Part shown: positions 1 to 10,962 of the stretch, in pieces
How positions within the stretch are numbered: the stretch's first letter is position 1
How the letters are laid out: each line of letters starts with the position of its first letter
NCBI GenBank assembly: GCA_046331705.1
Contig: JAXLQJ010000007.1
Location: 62,001 to 126,000, forward strand
Source: a bacterium
Lineage (GTDB): Bacteria; JADJOY01
Direction of reading: 5' to 3'
DNA length: 64,000 nucleotides
The notes under the pieces: model-generated
What the model saw: the letters and a program-made list of their open reading frames with translations, nothing else
The model's database searches: none
Told to the model about the DNA's origin: nothing
Made by a program: the position numbers and the translations under genes

Positions 1-94
1 TCCGAGTTGGCCCGTCGTCCAGGCCGCCGGGGTGCGGTGGTACTGAGGATGGCGCGGCGTTCAAGGTGGTCGCTTCGGCGGCTGCCTCGAACAG

Positions 95-110
95 AGCAAG
101 CGCGATGCCG
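95..110 (-). promoter_or_regulatory. Putative sigma-54 (-24/-12) promoter firing leftward out of the window
   Basis: Minus strand reads CGGCATCGCGCTTGCT, i.e. GG-N10-GC with TTGC, close to the TGGCAC-N5-TTGC consensus. The target gene lies outside the window. Confidence 0.5.
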
Positions 111-373
111 CCACGCGTGACTGTCGCGCCACCGGGGGCACGGCCGTCAGGATCAACGCGAACCGTCCGTGCTCCGAACAGTCGCCCTCGACCGTTCGCT
201 TTCGAGACGGTGATCGCCGCCCCCTCGTGGATCGGACCCGGAAAACACAGTCTTTTTGAGTTCGGTCGCAACGTGGCCCCGCGGTTTGCCTCGGTGCGCG
301 GGGCGATCGTCCGAGGGCACGCGCTGCCCGGTCTTCCAGCGCCGCGTAGTCGCGGCTCGTGGGGAGGTACGGC

Positions 374-3300
374 GTGGATCGGCAATCCGTTCCTGGGGGT
401 CGTTCTTCGTCATCACGGTGCTTGCCCTCTTCGGGGTGAGCTCGGTGCCGCGTGGCGGCGGCCGTTCGCCCGGCAGCGGCGCGGCGGTGGCCACCGGCGA
501 GGACACGTCCGCAGCGGACGCGGCGGCAGCGTCGCGATGCGTCGGGCGGAACCCGGCCGCAGATGCTGCGCCGGCGCAGCCCCCGGACGAGGCGTCGCCG
601 CGGTCGTCGAGGTCGCTACGCGGAGCCTGGTCGCCCGCGCCCAGCGCATCGGCGTGCGATGGATGCGAAGCTCGCCATCCAGGTACCGCTGGAGACGAGT
701 GCCGAGGACGCAAGCACGGGGCTGCCCCCAGCGCTCCCGGCGAGCCCCCGATCGGCGGCGGCAGCCCGGAGGAGGCCGCTCGACGCGGCCGCGTCGCCGC
801 GGGCGAGCTTCGAGATGCGCGCGAGCACCTTGCCCCGCCGCGAATCCGAGCTTCGTGCAACCAGCACCGACGTGGTCGAGGTCACGTCGCTGATCGCGAT
901 CGTCCCGGACCCATCGGTGACGAGCATGGAGCTGCGCTTCGACCGCACCATCGCGGCGCTCCTCGCCGGCTTCAAGCCGTACCAATTGGTGCTCGGGCCA
1001 GTGGCTTCCTGGAACGTCGATGGCGCGGGAAACGTGCGCCGTCAGGACCAAGCCCAAGCGGGTGAGGGCTCGCTCAAGGAGCCGGGCGTGCTGGTGCTCC
1101 GGAAGGCCGACGCGCTGATCAAGCAGCCGGCGTGCCGGCACCTCGCTCGGCGGCCGCCGGCAGCACCATACGACTATGCCGTCGTGTTCCTGGTGCCCGA
1201 GACCGCGGTGTGCAGGTCGGCACCGTTCCTGTTGCGCAAGGCCTTCAGCTCACCGCCGGGATCGATCCAGCGCCGGGGAAGTACGGGATTCGCTTCGTCA
1301 GTTGCGGCCCGGCGGCCGATCCGGGCCGCGCGTCATCGTACCGGCCCCGCCTACTCCGCTTCGCTCGAGCCGCTGGCGACGGCGCTCACCAACCTATCGC
1401 TTTTCGCCGGCGCGCCCACGAGGTTCACCCCCGACATGCAGTGGTCTCCACGCTGACCACAACATCACGCCTGAGGCATGGGTAGCACCACAGCGCTTCC
1501 TGCGCGTCACTCCGACGTTCCGCGACCAAACGGATGCTGCGCAGGTTCCTGCGGACCACCCTCGCGCCGTGGAATCAAGGAGGATTTTCCCGCGGCGCTC
1601 ATTCAAGAGACCGACACGGTTTACGGCTCCGCGCAGCTTCTTCGAGCGCGCCATGACGGCGACGAGGCGGTGGCCGGCGACGACTTTCCAGTTCCCGCGC
1701 GATCTGAGCGTCCTGCGGCAGGCCAGCGACGCATCGCGCCGGGAACCTCGGCAACCTGTCCGCGGATGCGCGTTCTCGCTCTCCCAAGGGGTCGGCTTCG
1801 ACATGCGCGACCACCTGGTCTCGCGGGGCGTGCCCGTGATCTCGAGCCACGCCGCCGGGTCTACGCCGGGCTGCTCGACAGCGCAAGGCCGATGATCCGC
1901 CAGCACCGGCTCAGGGCATTCGTCCTCGCCGGCACCAACGAGATGGACCTGCTCTTCGCGGCCCGCGTGATCCGATCGATGCGGATGCACGCCCCATCAC
2001 GTTCCAATGCCGATGCGATCTGGACCCGCTGGTCGAACATCGCGACGCTCGGCGGGACCCTGACGATCAACACCCACCCGCTCGTGGACGCGCCAGCCGA
2101 GCAAGGGCAGGATACCCCGGGAACACCCTGGCCGCGCTATCCTGGCGAGCTCGGGTGCCTACACCGTCTACGAGGGTGTCGAGTACGCCATGGCGCTGAT
2201 GACCGCCGACAATCCTCCCACCGCGATCGCCTATCACACGCCTGGGGCTGGACTGGGCGGGACACGCCGCTCTGGCTCAGCGTGTTGAGCCGCGGCAGCT
2301 ATTGGCCCGTTGCGCTGCTGAACGAGACCCGGGCGTTCGCGGACGTGGCGATGACGCCGCGAATACATCGAGCGCGAAGGAGCTGGGCCGTCCCGCCCGC
2401 GTCATCACCCCGCTCCCGATAGCGTTCTGGTTCCTCGCGATGCTCGTCTCGGCGTTCGCGTTGCTCGGCGTCACGGGATCCCGTCCCGTCATTCCTGGTT
2501 TTCGGCGCCACAATGGGGACGCCTGGATCGGCTGGCTCGTGGGCTTGCTGCAGCCGCTCGGCAATCAACTGGCTGTTGCCGACGACGGCAAGTGACGCGG
2601 ACGCCGAGATCGACGCCGTCTCGGTCCCGCGTATCGCGCCCTCGCCTGTTACCAGGCCCTCGGCGCTCGCCGGGTTGCTGTCGTGCGTGATGCCGCCCCT
2701 CTGCTCAGCAGCACGTTGCGCGCGCGGAACGGACACGTCGACCTCGGCTCGCAGGAAGAGCTGCTCTGGGTGCTGTGCGTGACTGGCGCTCGCGCTCACG
2801 CTGATGGCGGCGGGCCGCGCCACGTGGATCGCGCTTCACGGCCTGCGCAGGCGAGACGATCAACGAGTTCGTGACCTCCGAACGCCGGGCGATCGGCTTT
2901 CTGTGCTGGCATTCCGGATGGCGAGCCATCCTCGCGCATCCAGCGGGCGCATGGCGCCATGACTTCCTGGTGCTGCGGTCGATTCACGTGGAGGAAGCGG
3001 AGGTCTCGCCCGTGCTCGTGATCAGCGTGCTCTGCATCCCCATCTACGGATGGGCGTGGAGCGAGCAGCCGGCGCGCATCCTCCTGGTGGCCTGCCGCAG
3101 GGCGGAGCTGCCGTGGAAGAACGACGGCTTCACCCGCGTTGCGCCAGCGAGCGCGACCACGCTCGGCGACGCCACGCGCGAGGACCTGCGCGTTCGCCGG
3201 CTCGCGAGCTGTGTCGCGCACCGCTTCTCGGTGGCGCGACACCTGGATCGTCATCGGCGGCATGCTCGCGTTGACGGTCGGCGGCAGCCTCGCGATCCCC

Positions 3301-4271
3301 CTCACCTCGCTCCGAGGGCCTGATTCGACTACGCCATGTTCGCGCTGATCGCGGTGTTCGGGATCGGCGCCGCGCTGCGGGCCTGGCGCACCTGGCAATT
3401 CCTGCGCTCCTGGCTCATCCGGCTCGAGTCGCACCCCGTGCGAGGAGCGTTCAATCGGCTGGACCCGGATGTCCGCGGCGCGCCACTGTGGGGATCCGGC
3501 AAGTCACGCGCGACGCTCGTTACCGAGAGGCGCGCGCTCGAGCTCCTGGTGCGAATTCACGAGCTCGGTTCGCGCCGCGCCGCGCTCGGCGCCGAACGGC
3601 GCGCGGCCGTCGCGACGGCCTTCGAAGCGCTCGAGAATCTCGCCGCCGCCGAGGATTCCACGATCGCCGACGAGCGCCGAGCCTGGTTTCGCGCCGAGGC
3701 TCCTCGTGCCCGCCGCACCTACGAGGCGATCCTCGGCCGCGAGACGCAAGCGCTCATCGACGACGTGCTGAGCGAGCCGTGGTGCACGGGGCGGGTTCCA
3801 GCGCCGGCCGCGGCGGCCGATGGCACCAGCGCCGCGGCACCGGATCCGACGAGCGGTGCCGTGGTGGCGCAGCTCGTCGACCTCGCCGAGCAGCTCGTCG
3901 CGACCCGCTGGCTGCGCTTCGTGCGTTACTACCTCGGGCACGTCCGCCTCCAGATCGAGTACGCGGTGGCGGCCTTCGTCGCCATCGTCGTGGCGCTCAG
4001 CGTCTACGCCTTCGCCGGCGTGGGGACGATCCGCGTCGCGATCGTGGTGCTGTCCGCGACCTTCGCCGCGTTCCTCGCGACGGTGCTCGCTCAGGTCGAT
4101 CGCGATCCGCTCATGAGCCGCATCACGGGGACCGACGCGAACAAGCTCACCGCGGATTTTCTCGTGCGGATGGCGACCTACGGACTGCTGCCTGCGATCA
4201 CGGTGCTGATGTCGTTCTTCCCGAGCCTCGCCCGCGTCTTCGCGTACTTCGGCCAGCCCTTTCCGAGATGA
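374..4271 (+). pseudogene. Large polytopic membrane protein of unknown function, broken by many frameshifts (pseudogene or sequencing errors)
   Basis: GGGGAGGT RBS precedes a GTG at 374. Protein-like segments hop between frames: FFVITVLALFG; IAIVPDP..RFDR; EPGVLVLRK; VVFLVPET; GPAYSASL; LIQETDTVYG; FQFPRDLSVLR; LWLSVLSRGSYWPVALL; then hydrophobic helices. The last 311 codons (3336-4271) are intact and multi-TM. Confidence 0.6.
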
Positions 4272-4317
4272 ACGCTCGCCGCGCTCGGGGCGAGGTCGAG
4301 ACGAGCTCGACGGCCGC

Positions 4318-6021
4318 TCAGGGACTCATCTCGTAGGCGTCCGCGAGACCGTGGACGAGCGTCCACATGCGCTGGTAGCGGGCTTCGTCGTGGGCGGGCC
4401 GGCGGATCATCCCCACCGCCGCGCTCGCCTGCTCCGCGGTCGCCGCGGCCTTCTCGCTCAGGCTCAGCGCATGGTGCGAGAAATCGCGCACCAGGAAATC
4501 GAAGATCTGGTCCAGGTGATCGTCGTCGATGCCGTGAAGCGGCGCCGCCTCGAGGATCAGCTGGCCATAGACGACCAGCGCGAAGAGCTCGCCGCCGGCG
4601 AGGAGGAAGTCGATGTCCTTGAGCTGCTCACCGGCAGGCGGGGCCGTGGCGAGCATGGTCTTGAAGGCCTCGATCTGGTCGCGAAAGATCGCGAGATTCG
4701 GCGTCTCGCGAGAGCGGTACGCGAGCTGGTAGTCGTGGAATTGGATCTTGCCGAGCCCCTTCGCCGAGCCCTGTCGGAAGAGGAAGTCGTCGTTGGTGGG
4801 GTCCTCGCGGCGCGGGATCGCCGGCAGATCCGCGGCGCCGAAGAAGTAGCTGGGCATGAACTTCACGATCAGCGCGATGTTGACGTGAACCGTGCCCTCG
4901 AGCTTGGGCAAGCCGCGGATGTCGACGGCGGCCTGCGAGAAGTACATGTCCTTCTCGAATCCCTTGGCCGCGATCACGTCCCACAGCAGATTGATCACGT
5001 CCTCGCCCTGCGTCGTCACCTTCATCTTCGCCATCGGGTTGTAGAGCAGGTAGCGCCGATCCTCCGGCGAGGCCGAGCGCATGTAGTCCGAGGCCCGCAG
5101 CGCGAAGAGCTTCATGGCGACGAGCCGGGCGTAGGCGTCGGTGAAGAGCCGCTTCACGTGGCTGAAGTCGGTGACGCTCATGCCGTAGAGGCGGCGGTGC
5201 GCCGCGTGGTGGACGGCCTCGTAGAGAGCGTGGGTGCAGATCCCGATCGAGGCCCAGCCGAGGTTGTATTTGCCGATGTTGACGGTGTTGAGCGCCGCGT
5301 CCCATGCCGCCGCGCCACGCGACAGGATGTCCCCCTCGCCGATCGGGTAATCACGAAGCTCGTACTGCGACACGTAGTTCTGGCTCGCGCACACGTTCTG
5401 GATCAGGTGGTAGCGCTCGTGGCGCGGGTCCGCGGCGAAGAAGACGTACTCGTCCTTGCCGTCGGCGCCCGTCACCTTGCCGAACGTGGAAACCATCGCG
5501 GCGGCGTTGCCGTTGCCGATGTAGTACTTGCCGCCGTTCGCGAGATAGCCGCCACCGGGCTGCGGCGTGAGGCGCATCTCGGTGGAATAGATGTCGGCGC
5601 CGTGCGCGCGCTCCGAGAGCCCGAACGCGAAGATCCCGCCGGCCTCGAGCGCCGCGGCGGCCTTGCGCTTGAGCGCGGCGTTGCCGCTCATCCAGATCGG
5701 GCCGAGGCCCAGCACCGAGACCTGCCACGTGTACCAGTACTGGAGCCCGTAGAAGCCGAGGATCTCGGCGAAGCGGCAGATCCGCGACGTGTCCCAGCGG
5801 GAGCCCGCGGCCCCCTCGCCGCTCGGCGTGCAGATGGTCGCGAAGATCCGCTCGCGTCCGACGAAATCCAGGAAATCCTGGTACCAGCCGAGCGCGTAGT
5901 AGTCGCTCTTGATGCGTGCCTTCCCCTTGGTCTCGAAGAACTCGATGGTCTTGCGAAGCACCTCCTGCGTGCGCGGATCGAGGTGCGAGGGCGGCGCTGC
6001 GCGGGGATCGAGAAGGATCAT
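4318..6021 (-). CDS. fadE: Acyl-CoA dehydrogenase, mycobacterial FadE4-like long type (567 aa)
   Basis: FAFGLSE..HGAD, GGKYYIGNG and PKLEGT motifs. ATG at 6021 with GGAG RBS. Confidence 0.9.
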   Translation of the reverse strand: MILLDPRAAPPSHLDPRTQEVLRKTIEFFETKGKARIKSDYYALGWYQDFLDFVGRERIFATICTPSGEGAAGSRWDTSRICRFAEILGFYGLQYWYTWQVSVLGLGPIWMSGNAALKRKAAAALEAGGIFAFGLSERAHGADIYSTEMRLTPQPGGGYLANGGKYYIGNGNAAAMVSTFGKVTGADGKDEYVFFAADPRHERYHLIQNVCASQNYVSQYELRDYPIGEGDILSRGAAAWDAALNTVNIGKYNLGWASIGICTHALYEAVHHAAHRRLYGMSVTDFSHVKRLFTDAYARLVAMKLFALRASDYMRSASPEDRRYLLYNPMAKMKVTTQGEDVINLLWDVIAAKGFEKDMYFSQAAVDIRGLPKLEGTVHVNIALIVKFMPSYFFGAADLPAIPRREDPTNDDFLFRQGSAKGLGKIQFHDYQLAYRSRETPNLAIFRDQIEAFKTMLATAPPAGEQLKDIDFLLAGGELFALVVYGQLILEAAPLHGIDDDHLDQIFDFLVRDFSHHALSLSEKAAATAEQASAAVGMIRRPAHDEARYQRMWTLVHGLADAYEMSP

Positions 6022-6155
6022 GGCGGAGGTCTCCGGACGACGAGGGCGCGAAGCCCCGACTCTCTCAATCTTGGGCGTCGGCGGCAAGCGTTCGCAGCGG
6101 CCGCCTCGGTGGCCGCCGTGCGCCCGCGGCGACGCCCGAGCTCGTGACGAACGTC

Positions 6156-6395
6156 GGTCGTGGTTCACGTTGACCGGAATGCATCGGTCGAGTCGCGAGG
6201 GTCCGGGGATCCGTCGGCGGGCACGGCTCACCCCAGAGCGACCCCGTGGAGACGGAGGCTCGCCTGCGCCGCGGCCGCGCGATCGGGGCTCACTCCCCAC
6301 GAGCCCGAACGGGGTGCGCAGCCGCGGAGCGCCCTTCGACGTGTCCCCAGCCCCTCACGCCTCGAATGGGCTCCGCACGAACGTGAACCACGACC
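6156..6395. repeat. Perfect 16-bp inverted repeat pair flanking a hairpin-rich 208-bp spacer
   Basis: GGTCGTGGTTCACGTT (6156-6171) is the exact reverse complement of AACGTGAACCACGACC (6380-6395). An imperfect stem-loop lies at 6324-6376. Confidence 0.8.
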
Positions 6396-6484
6396 CGAAT
6401 GTCACTCCCTTTGCCGAGCCACGCGGCCCTCGGATAGCGTCGGCGCGATTTGCGTTCGTCGCTCCTTCTTCGCAGGAGATCGCC

Positions 6485-7510
6485 ATGGCCAATCCGCAGG
6501 ACCCATCCCGCATCCTGGAGGTCGGCTTCGGCTTCTGGGCCTCGAAGGTATTGCTCACCGCCGTCGAGCTCGGCGTCTTCACGGTGCTCTCCGAACGCGA
6601 GCTCACCGGCGCAGAGCTCGGACGCGAGCTCGGGCTTCATCCTCGCGGGATCTACGATTTCCTGGACACCCTCGTCGCGCTGCGCTTCCTGGAGCGCGAC
6701 GGCGATGGACCCGCCGGGCGATATCGCAACGGCGCCGAGGCGGCGCACTTCCTCGATCGGCGCAAGGCGGGCTACGTCGGCGGCATCCTCGAGATGGCGA
6801 GCGCGCGACTCTTCCGCTTCTGGAGCGATCTCGGGCCGGCGCTCAAGACCGGCCAGCCCCAGAACGAGGCCAAGCACAGCCAGAAGCCCATGTTCGAGGA
6901 GCTCTACGCGGACGTCGAGCGGCTCGAGCAGTTCATGGGCGCCATGACGGGCATCTCCCGCGGCAACTTCGCGGTGCTGGCGGAGAAGTTCGACTTCACG
7001 CGTTACAAGACGCTGTGCGACGTGGGCGGGGCGACCGGGCTGCTCTCGCGCATCGTCGCCGCGCGCCATCCGCACTTGCGCTGCGCCACCTTCGACCTAC
7101 CGGCGGTGGCGCCGATCGCGCGCAAGTGGATCGAGCACGACGGTCTCCGCGAGCGCATCACCGTCCATTCCGGCGACTTCTTCGTCGATCCGCTGCCCAA
7201 GGCCGACGTCATCACGATGGGCATGATCCTCCACGACTGGAACCTGGAGAAGAAGCGGCACCTCATCCGCGCGGCCTACGACGCGCTTCCCGAGAACGGC
7301 GCCTACATCGTCGTCGAGAACCTGATCGACGACGCGCGCCGGGAGAACGCGTTCGGATTGATGATGAGCCTCAACATGCTCATCGAGTTCGGAGATGCCT
7401 TCGACTTCACGGGCGCCGATTTCCGCGGTTGGTGCACGGAGGCCGGCTTCCGGCGGGTCGAGGTCGTGCACCTCGTCGGCCCCTGTAGCGCCGGAATCGC
7501 GTACAAGTAG
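6485..7510 (+). CDS. SAM-dependent O-methyltransferase (Methyltransf_2 plus dimerisation domain, 341 aa)
   Basis: LCDVGGATG, GDFF and ILHDW motifs with an N-terminal wHTH. ATG at 6485 after CAGGAG. Confidence 0.9.
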   Translation: MANPQDPSRILEVGFGFWASKVLLTAVELGVFTVLSERELTGAELGRELGLHPRGIYDFLDTLVALRFLERDGDGPAGRYRNGAEAAHFLDRRKAGYVGGILEMASARLFRFWSDLGPALKTGQPQNEAKHSQKPMFEELYADVERLEQFMGAMTGISRGNFAVLAEKFDFTRYKTLCDVGGATGLLSRIVAARHPHLRCATFDLPAVAPIARKWIEHDGLRERITVHSGDFFVDPLPKADVITMGMILHDWNLEKKRHLIRAAYDALPENGAYIVVENLIDDARRENAFGLMMSLNMLIEFGDAFDFTGADFRGWCTEAGFRRVEVVHLVGPCSAGIAYK

Positions 7511-7543
7511 CCTGCAACGCGGCTCGGCGCGGCTCCGCCTCGA

Positions 7544-8596
7544 TCAGACGGCCTTCAGCGTCGCTGCGAGCTCGCGCAACATGCTCGCGTGGCGGTCGAG
7601 CTCGGCCACCAGGTCGAGGTGCACCGTGGTGAGCACCCCGCCCCAGCGTTCGGCGAGCGCGCGCCCCAGCTCGTCGTAGGTCGCGACGGTCGCGAACAGG
7701 CCGAGCACGTCGTCGCTGACGAGCGCCACCATCTCCCGCCATTGGCCTTGCTTCGAGAGCCGGAAGAGCTCGCTGGCGAGGTCTCCGAGCCCGTGATGCT
7801 CGAACACCGGCCGATAGCTCGGCGTGGAGGCATAGAAGCCCAGCCGCTGTTTCACCAGCGTGGCGTTCTTCGCGAGCTCGGCGGGCGTGGCACCGCTGAC
7901 GATCATCGGCGAGCCCAGCACCAAGAGGGAGGCGGGGTCGCGGCCTGCCTTGCGCGCCCCCTCCGCAACCTGTGGCCGCATGACCTCGCGCACGTAGCTC
8001 GCGCTGCACATCGGGTGCGGGTAGAAGCCGTCGGCAAGCTCCCCGGCGAGCCGCGCCATCGCTTCGTTCACCACCGCCACGTAGATCGGCACGTGCGGCT
8101 CGGCATTCGGGCCCGGGTTGAAGTAAGGCGACATCAGGTCGAAGCGGTAGTGCTCGCCCCGAAACCAAGTCGGCTGCGCGGGGTTCTGAAAGGTCGCGAA
8201 GATGGCGCGGAGGCACGCGAGGTACTCGCGAAGACGGGGCACGGGAGGTGCCGTCCACGGCGCGCCGTAGCGGCGCTCGTTGTGCGCCTTCACCTGCGTC
8301 CCGAGCCCGAGCTCGAAGCGCCCGTTCGAGAACCGCGCCAGGTCCCACGCCGTCTGCGCCATGGCGCCGGGGCTGCGCGGGAACGCGATCGCCACGCCGG
8401 TGCGCAACCGCAGCCGCTCGGTCGCTCCCGCAGCGATGAGCAGCGGCAGGAACGGATCGTGGCCCGCCTCCGGCACCAGCACGCCGTCGAAGCCGAGCGC
8501 CTCGATCGCCCGCGCATTCGCGGCGATGCCTTGGTAACCAGGCCAGCTCGGGTTGTCCTGGAACGAATGGCCGAGGAGCGAGAGCTCGACGCGCAT
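7544..8596 (-). CDS. LLM-class, probably F420-dependent, oxidoreductase (350 aa)
   Basis: EAGHDPF, AIAFPRSP, LGLGTQVKAH and FYASTPSY motifs typical of the MSMEG_2256-type LLM family. Confidence 0.85.
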   Translation of the reverse strand: MRVELSLLGHSFQDNPSWPGYQGIAANARAIEALGFDGVLVPEAGHDPFLPLLIAAGATERLRLRTGVAIAFPRSPGAMAQTAWDLARFSNGRFELGLGTQVKAHNERRYGAPWTAPPVPRLREYLACLRAIFATFQNPAQPTWFRGEHYRFDLMSPYFNPGPNAEPHVPIYVAVVNEAMARLAGELADGFYPHPMCSASYVREVMRPQVAEGARKAGRDPASLLVLGSPMIVSGATPAELAKNATLVKQRLGFYASTPSYRPVFEHHGLGDLASELFRLSKQGQWREMVALVSDDVLGLFATVATYDELGRALAERWGGVLTTVHLDLVAELDRHASMLRELAATLKAV

Positions 8597-9150
8597 CAGG
8601 CCGCTCCTCGTCGTTGCGCGGGCGAGCCCAGAAACGCCTCGACCCGCTCGAAGGGAATGTGGTCGGCGATGACCTCGCCGTAGAAGAGATCGCGGATCAC
8701 GCCGCCTTCGTCGATCAGGAAGTCTCCGGGGATGCGGGTCCGCGTTCCTTCCATCCGTCCGGGAGCGAAGCCCGCCAGCGTCGCGCGCACCGCGCGAGAA
8801 TAGTTCCTCGGGCTCGCGAACGCCGCGACGCTCGCCTCGAGCCCGTAGAGGCGATAGAGCCCCTCGCCGGGGTCCGCGAGGAGCGGGAACGGCGGCCGCT
8901 GGCGTCCCACGTACTCGGCGATGCTCGCCGCGGGCGATTGGAAGACGGCGGCGATCGCGAGACCGCGCGATGCGAGGTCGGGATAGCGCTGAATCAGATC
9001 GCGCACCCGCAGGTTGCAGAGCGGACACGATGCGTAGCGGAAGAACGCGAGCCAGAGCTTGCGCCCCTCGAAGTCGGCGAGGCGGATCGTGGTGCCGTCC
9101 CAGCTCGCGGCGTCGAAGATCGGAGCTCGCATGCCCACCTGAAGTCGCAT
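8596..9150 (-). CDS. AhpC/TSA-like redoxin (thioredoxin fold, CPLC)
   Basis: LAFFRYASCPLC, LLADP and FLIDEGGVIR motifs. GGAGGA RBS. Its stop overlaps the LLM start (TGATG). Confidence 0.85.
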   Translation of the reverse strand: MRLQVGMRAPIFDAASWDGTTIRLADFEGRKLWLAFFRYASCPLCNLRVRDLIQRYPDLASRGLAIAAVFQSPAASIAEYVGRQRPPFPLLADPGEGLYRLYGLEASVAAFASPRNYSRAVRATLAGFAPGRMEGTRTRIPGDFLIDEGGVIRDLFYGEVIADHIPFERVEAFLGSPAQRRGAA

Positions 9151-9408
9151 CGATCGATCCTCCTCGGTCTGCATCATCGCTCGCCAACGCGAGCGCGATG
9201 GCGCGGCGGACCAGGCGCTCGGGCCGCGAGCGGTCCCGAGACGGCGGGAAGCAGCCCGTCCGACCGGGCGCCGAGCGGCACCGCGCCACCGAGCGCGCGC
9301 GGCACCCCAGGCACCGACGGCTACTTAGCACGAGATCTCGACCGGCGACGGTTGCGTGCGCCGCATCGGTGCGGCATGGTCCCGGCCCGCCCCTCTCGGT
9401 CCCCACCG

Positions 9409-10941
9409 ATGACGTCCGCCGCCTCGCCCCTGCTCACGAGCGCCGCCGCTGGCCCTCGGACCGCCGCGGCGCTCGACGATGGCACGCGCCGACGAAGCTG
9501 GGACGAGCTCGAAGCGCGCGTGTCGCGGCTCGCGCGCTGGCTTCGCGACGATCTCGGTCTCGGCCCGGACGATCACGTCGCGAGCCTCGTGGGCAATCGC
9601 GTCGAGGGCGTCGAGCTGATCCTCGCGTCGCTCGCCGCGGGAGTCTGGCTGACGCCGCTCAACTGGCACCTCACCGCCGACGAGATCGCCTACATCGTTC
9701 GCGACGCCGGCACGCGCATCCTCTTCACCGATGCCGCGAACGCAGCCGTCGCCGCACGCGTGGAGGCCGAGCGCCGGATCGAGGTCGGCGCGGAGCTCGA
9801 CCGCCTGCTCGAGCGAGTCCCCGACGCGCCGCTTTCCCCGGACGGGCCCGCAGGCGGCACGATGATCTACACCAGCGGCACCACCGGGAAGCCGAAGGGC
9901 GTCAAGCGCGCCCGCGCGGCCACGCTCGGCGCCGCGCTGGCGCGAATGCGCGACGCGGGCCGCTCCTACGGGCTCGACGGCCGCGGGCCGCACCTGGTGA
10001 CGGGGCCCCTCTATCACGCGGCCCCGAGCCTGCTCGCGATCTACGACCTGCTCAACGGCGCGGCGCTCGTGCTCATGGATCGCTGGGACGCGGCGCGCTG
10101 CCTCGCGCTCATCGACGGGCACGCGATCCGTCACACCCACCTGGTGCCGACGATGTTCGTGCGCCTCCTCAAGCTCGCGCCGGAGCTGCGCGCGGGATTC
10201 GACGGCCGAACGCTGACGCTCGTGCTCCACGGCGCGGCCCCCGTCTCTGCCGAGATCAAGCGCCAGATGATCGCGTGGTGGGGGCCGGTGCTGGTCGAGT
10301 ACTGGGGCGCGACCGAGGGTGGCGTCGCGACGATCGCCAGCGCCGCCGAATGGCTCGCGCGTCCCGGCACGGTCGGACGGCCCATCGCCTCGTTCGAGGT
10401 CTACGCCGCCGACGAGCAAGGCCGACGCCTCCCCGCCGGCGAGGTCGGCCTGCTTCGCTCGCGCCACAAGACCCTGGCGCAGGTCTTCGAGTACCACGGG
10501 GATCCGGCCAAGACCGCGGCCACCCACCCCGAGCCGCACGTCTTCACCACCGGCGATCTCGGCTACGTCGACGGCGAGGGTTACGTCTTTCTCACGGATC
10601 GCACGACCCACCTCATCATCTCGGGCGGCGTGAACATCTATCCCGCCGAGATCGAGGGCGTGCTCGTCGAGCATCCGGCGGTAGCCGATGTGGCGGTCTT
10701 CGGCATTCCCGACGACGAATGGGGTGAATCCGTGAAGGCGGCCGTGGAGCTCGCCGAAGGCTTCAGCGCCTCAGCGGCGCTCGAGGCCGAGCTGCTCGAC
10801 CTCGTCGCGACGCGCCTCGCCCGCTACAAGGTGCCGCGCTCGATCGACTTCGAACGCGCCCTGCCCCGCCTGCCCAACGGCAAGCTCTACGTCCGCGCGC
10901 TGCGCGAGCGCTACTGGCAGGGACGCGCGCGCGCCATCTGA
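9409..10941 (+). CDS. Acyl-CoA synthetase / AMP-binding enzyme (about 510 aa)
   Basis: YTSGTTGKPKG, YWGATEG, TGDLG, IISGGVNIYP and PNGK motifs. Start codon uncertain. Confidence 0.9.
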   Translation: MTSAASPLLTSAAAGPRTAAALDDGTRRRSWDELEARVSRLARWLRDDLGLGPDDHVASLVGNRVEGVELILASLAAGVWLTPLNWHLTADEIAYIVRDAGTRILFTDAANAAVAARVEAERRIEVGAELDRLLERVPDAPLSPDGPAGGTMIYTSGTTGKPKGVKRARAATLGAALARMRDAGRSYGLDGRGPHLVTGPLYHAAPSLLAIYDLLNGAALVLMDRWDAARCLALIDGHAIRHTHLVPTMFVRLLKLAPELRAGFDGRTLTLVLHGAAPVSAEIKRQMIAWWGPVLVEYWGATEGGVATIASAAEWLARPGTVGRPIASFEVYAADEQGRRLPAGEVGLLRSRHKTLAQVFEYHGDPAKTAATHPEPHVFTTGDLGYVDGEGYVFLTDRTTHLIISGGVNIYPAEIEGVLVEHPAVADVAVFGIPDDEWGESVKAAVELAEGFSASAALEAELLDLVATRLARYKVPRSIDFERALPRLPNGKLYVRALRERYWQGRARAI

Positions 10942-10962
10942 CGCCGCGCGCGAGCGCGGGTC

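Noticed and set aside
374-3336. Programmed frameshifting or selenocysteine readthrough as the cause of the broken gene
   Set aside because: There are too many frame changes, with no slippery heptamers or in-frame continuation after TGA. Errors or decay are simpler explanations.
10944-10959. CCGCGC-GCGA-GCGCGG hairpin between convergent genes
   Set aside because: A 6-bp stem without a U-tract is expected by chance at this GC content.
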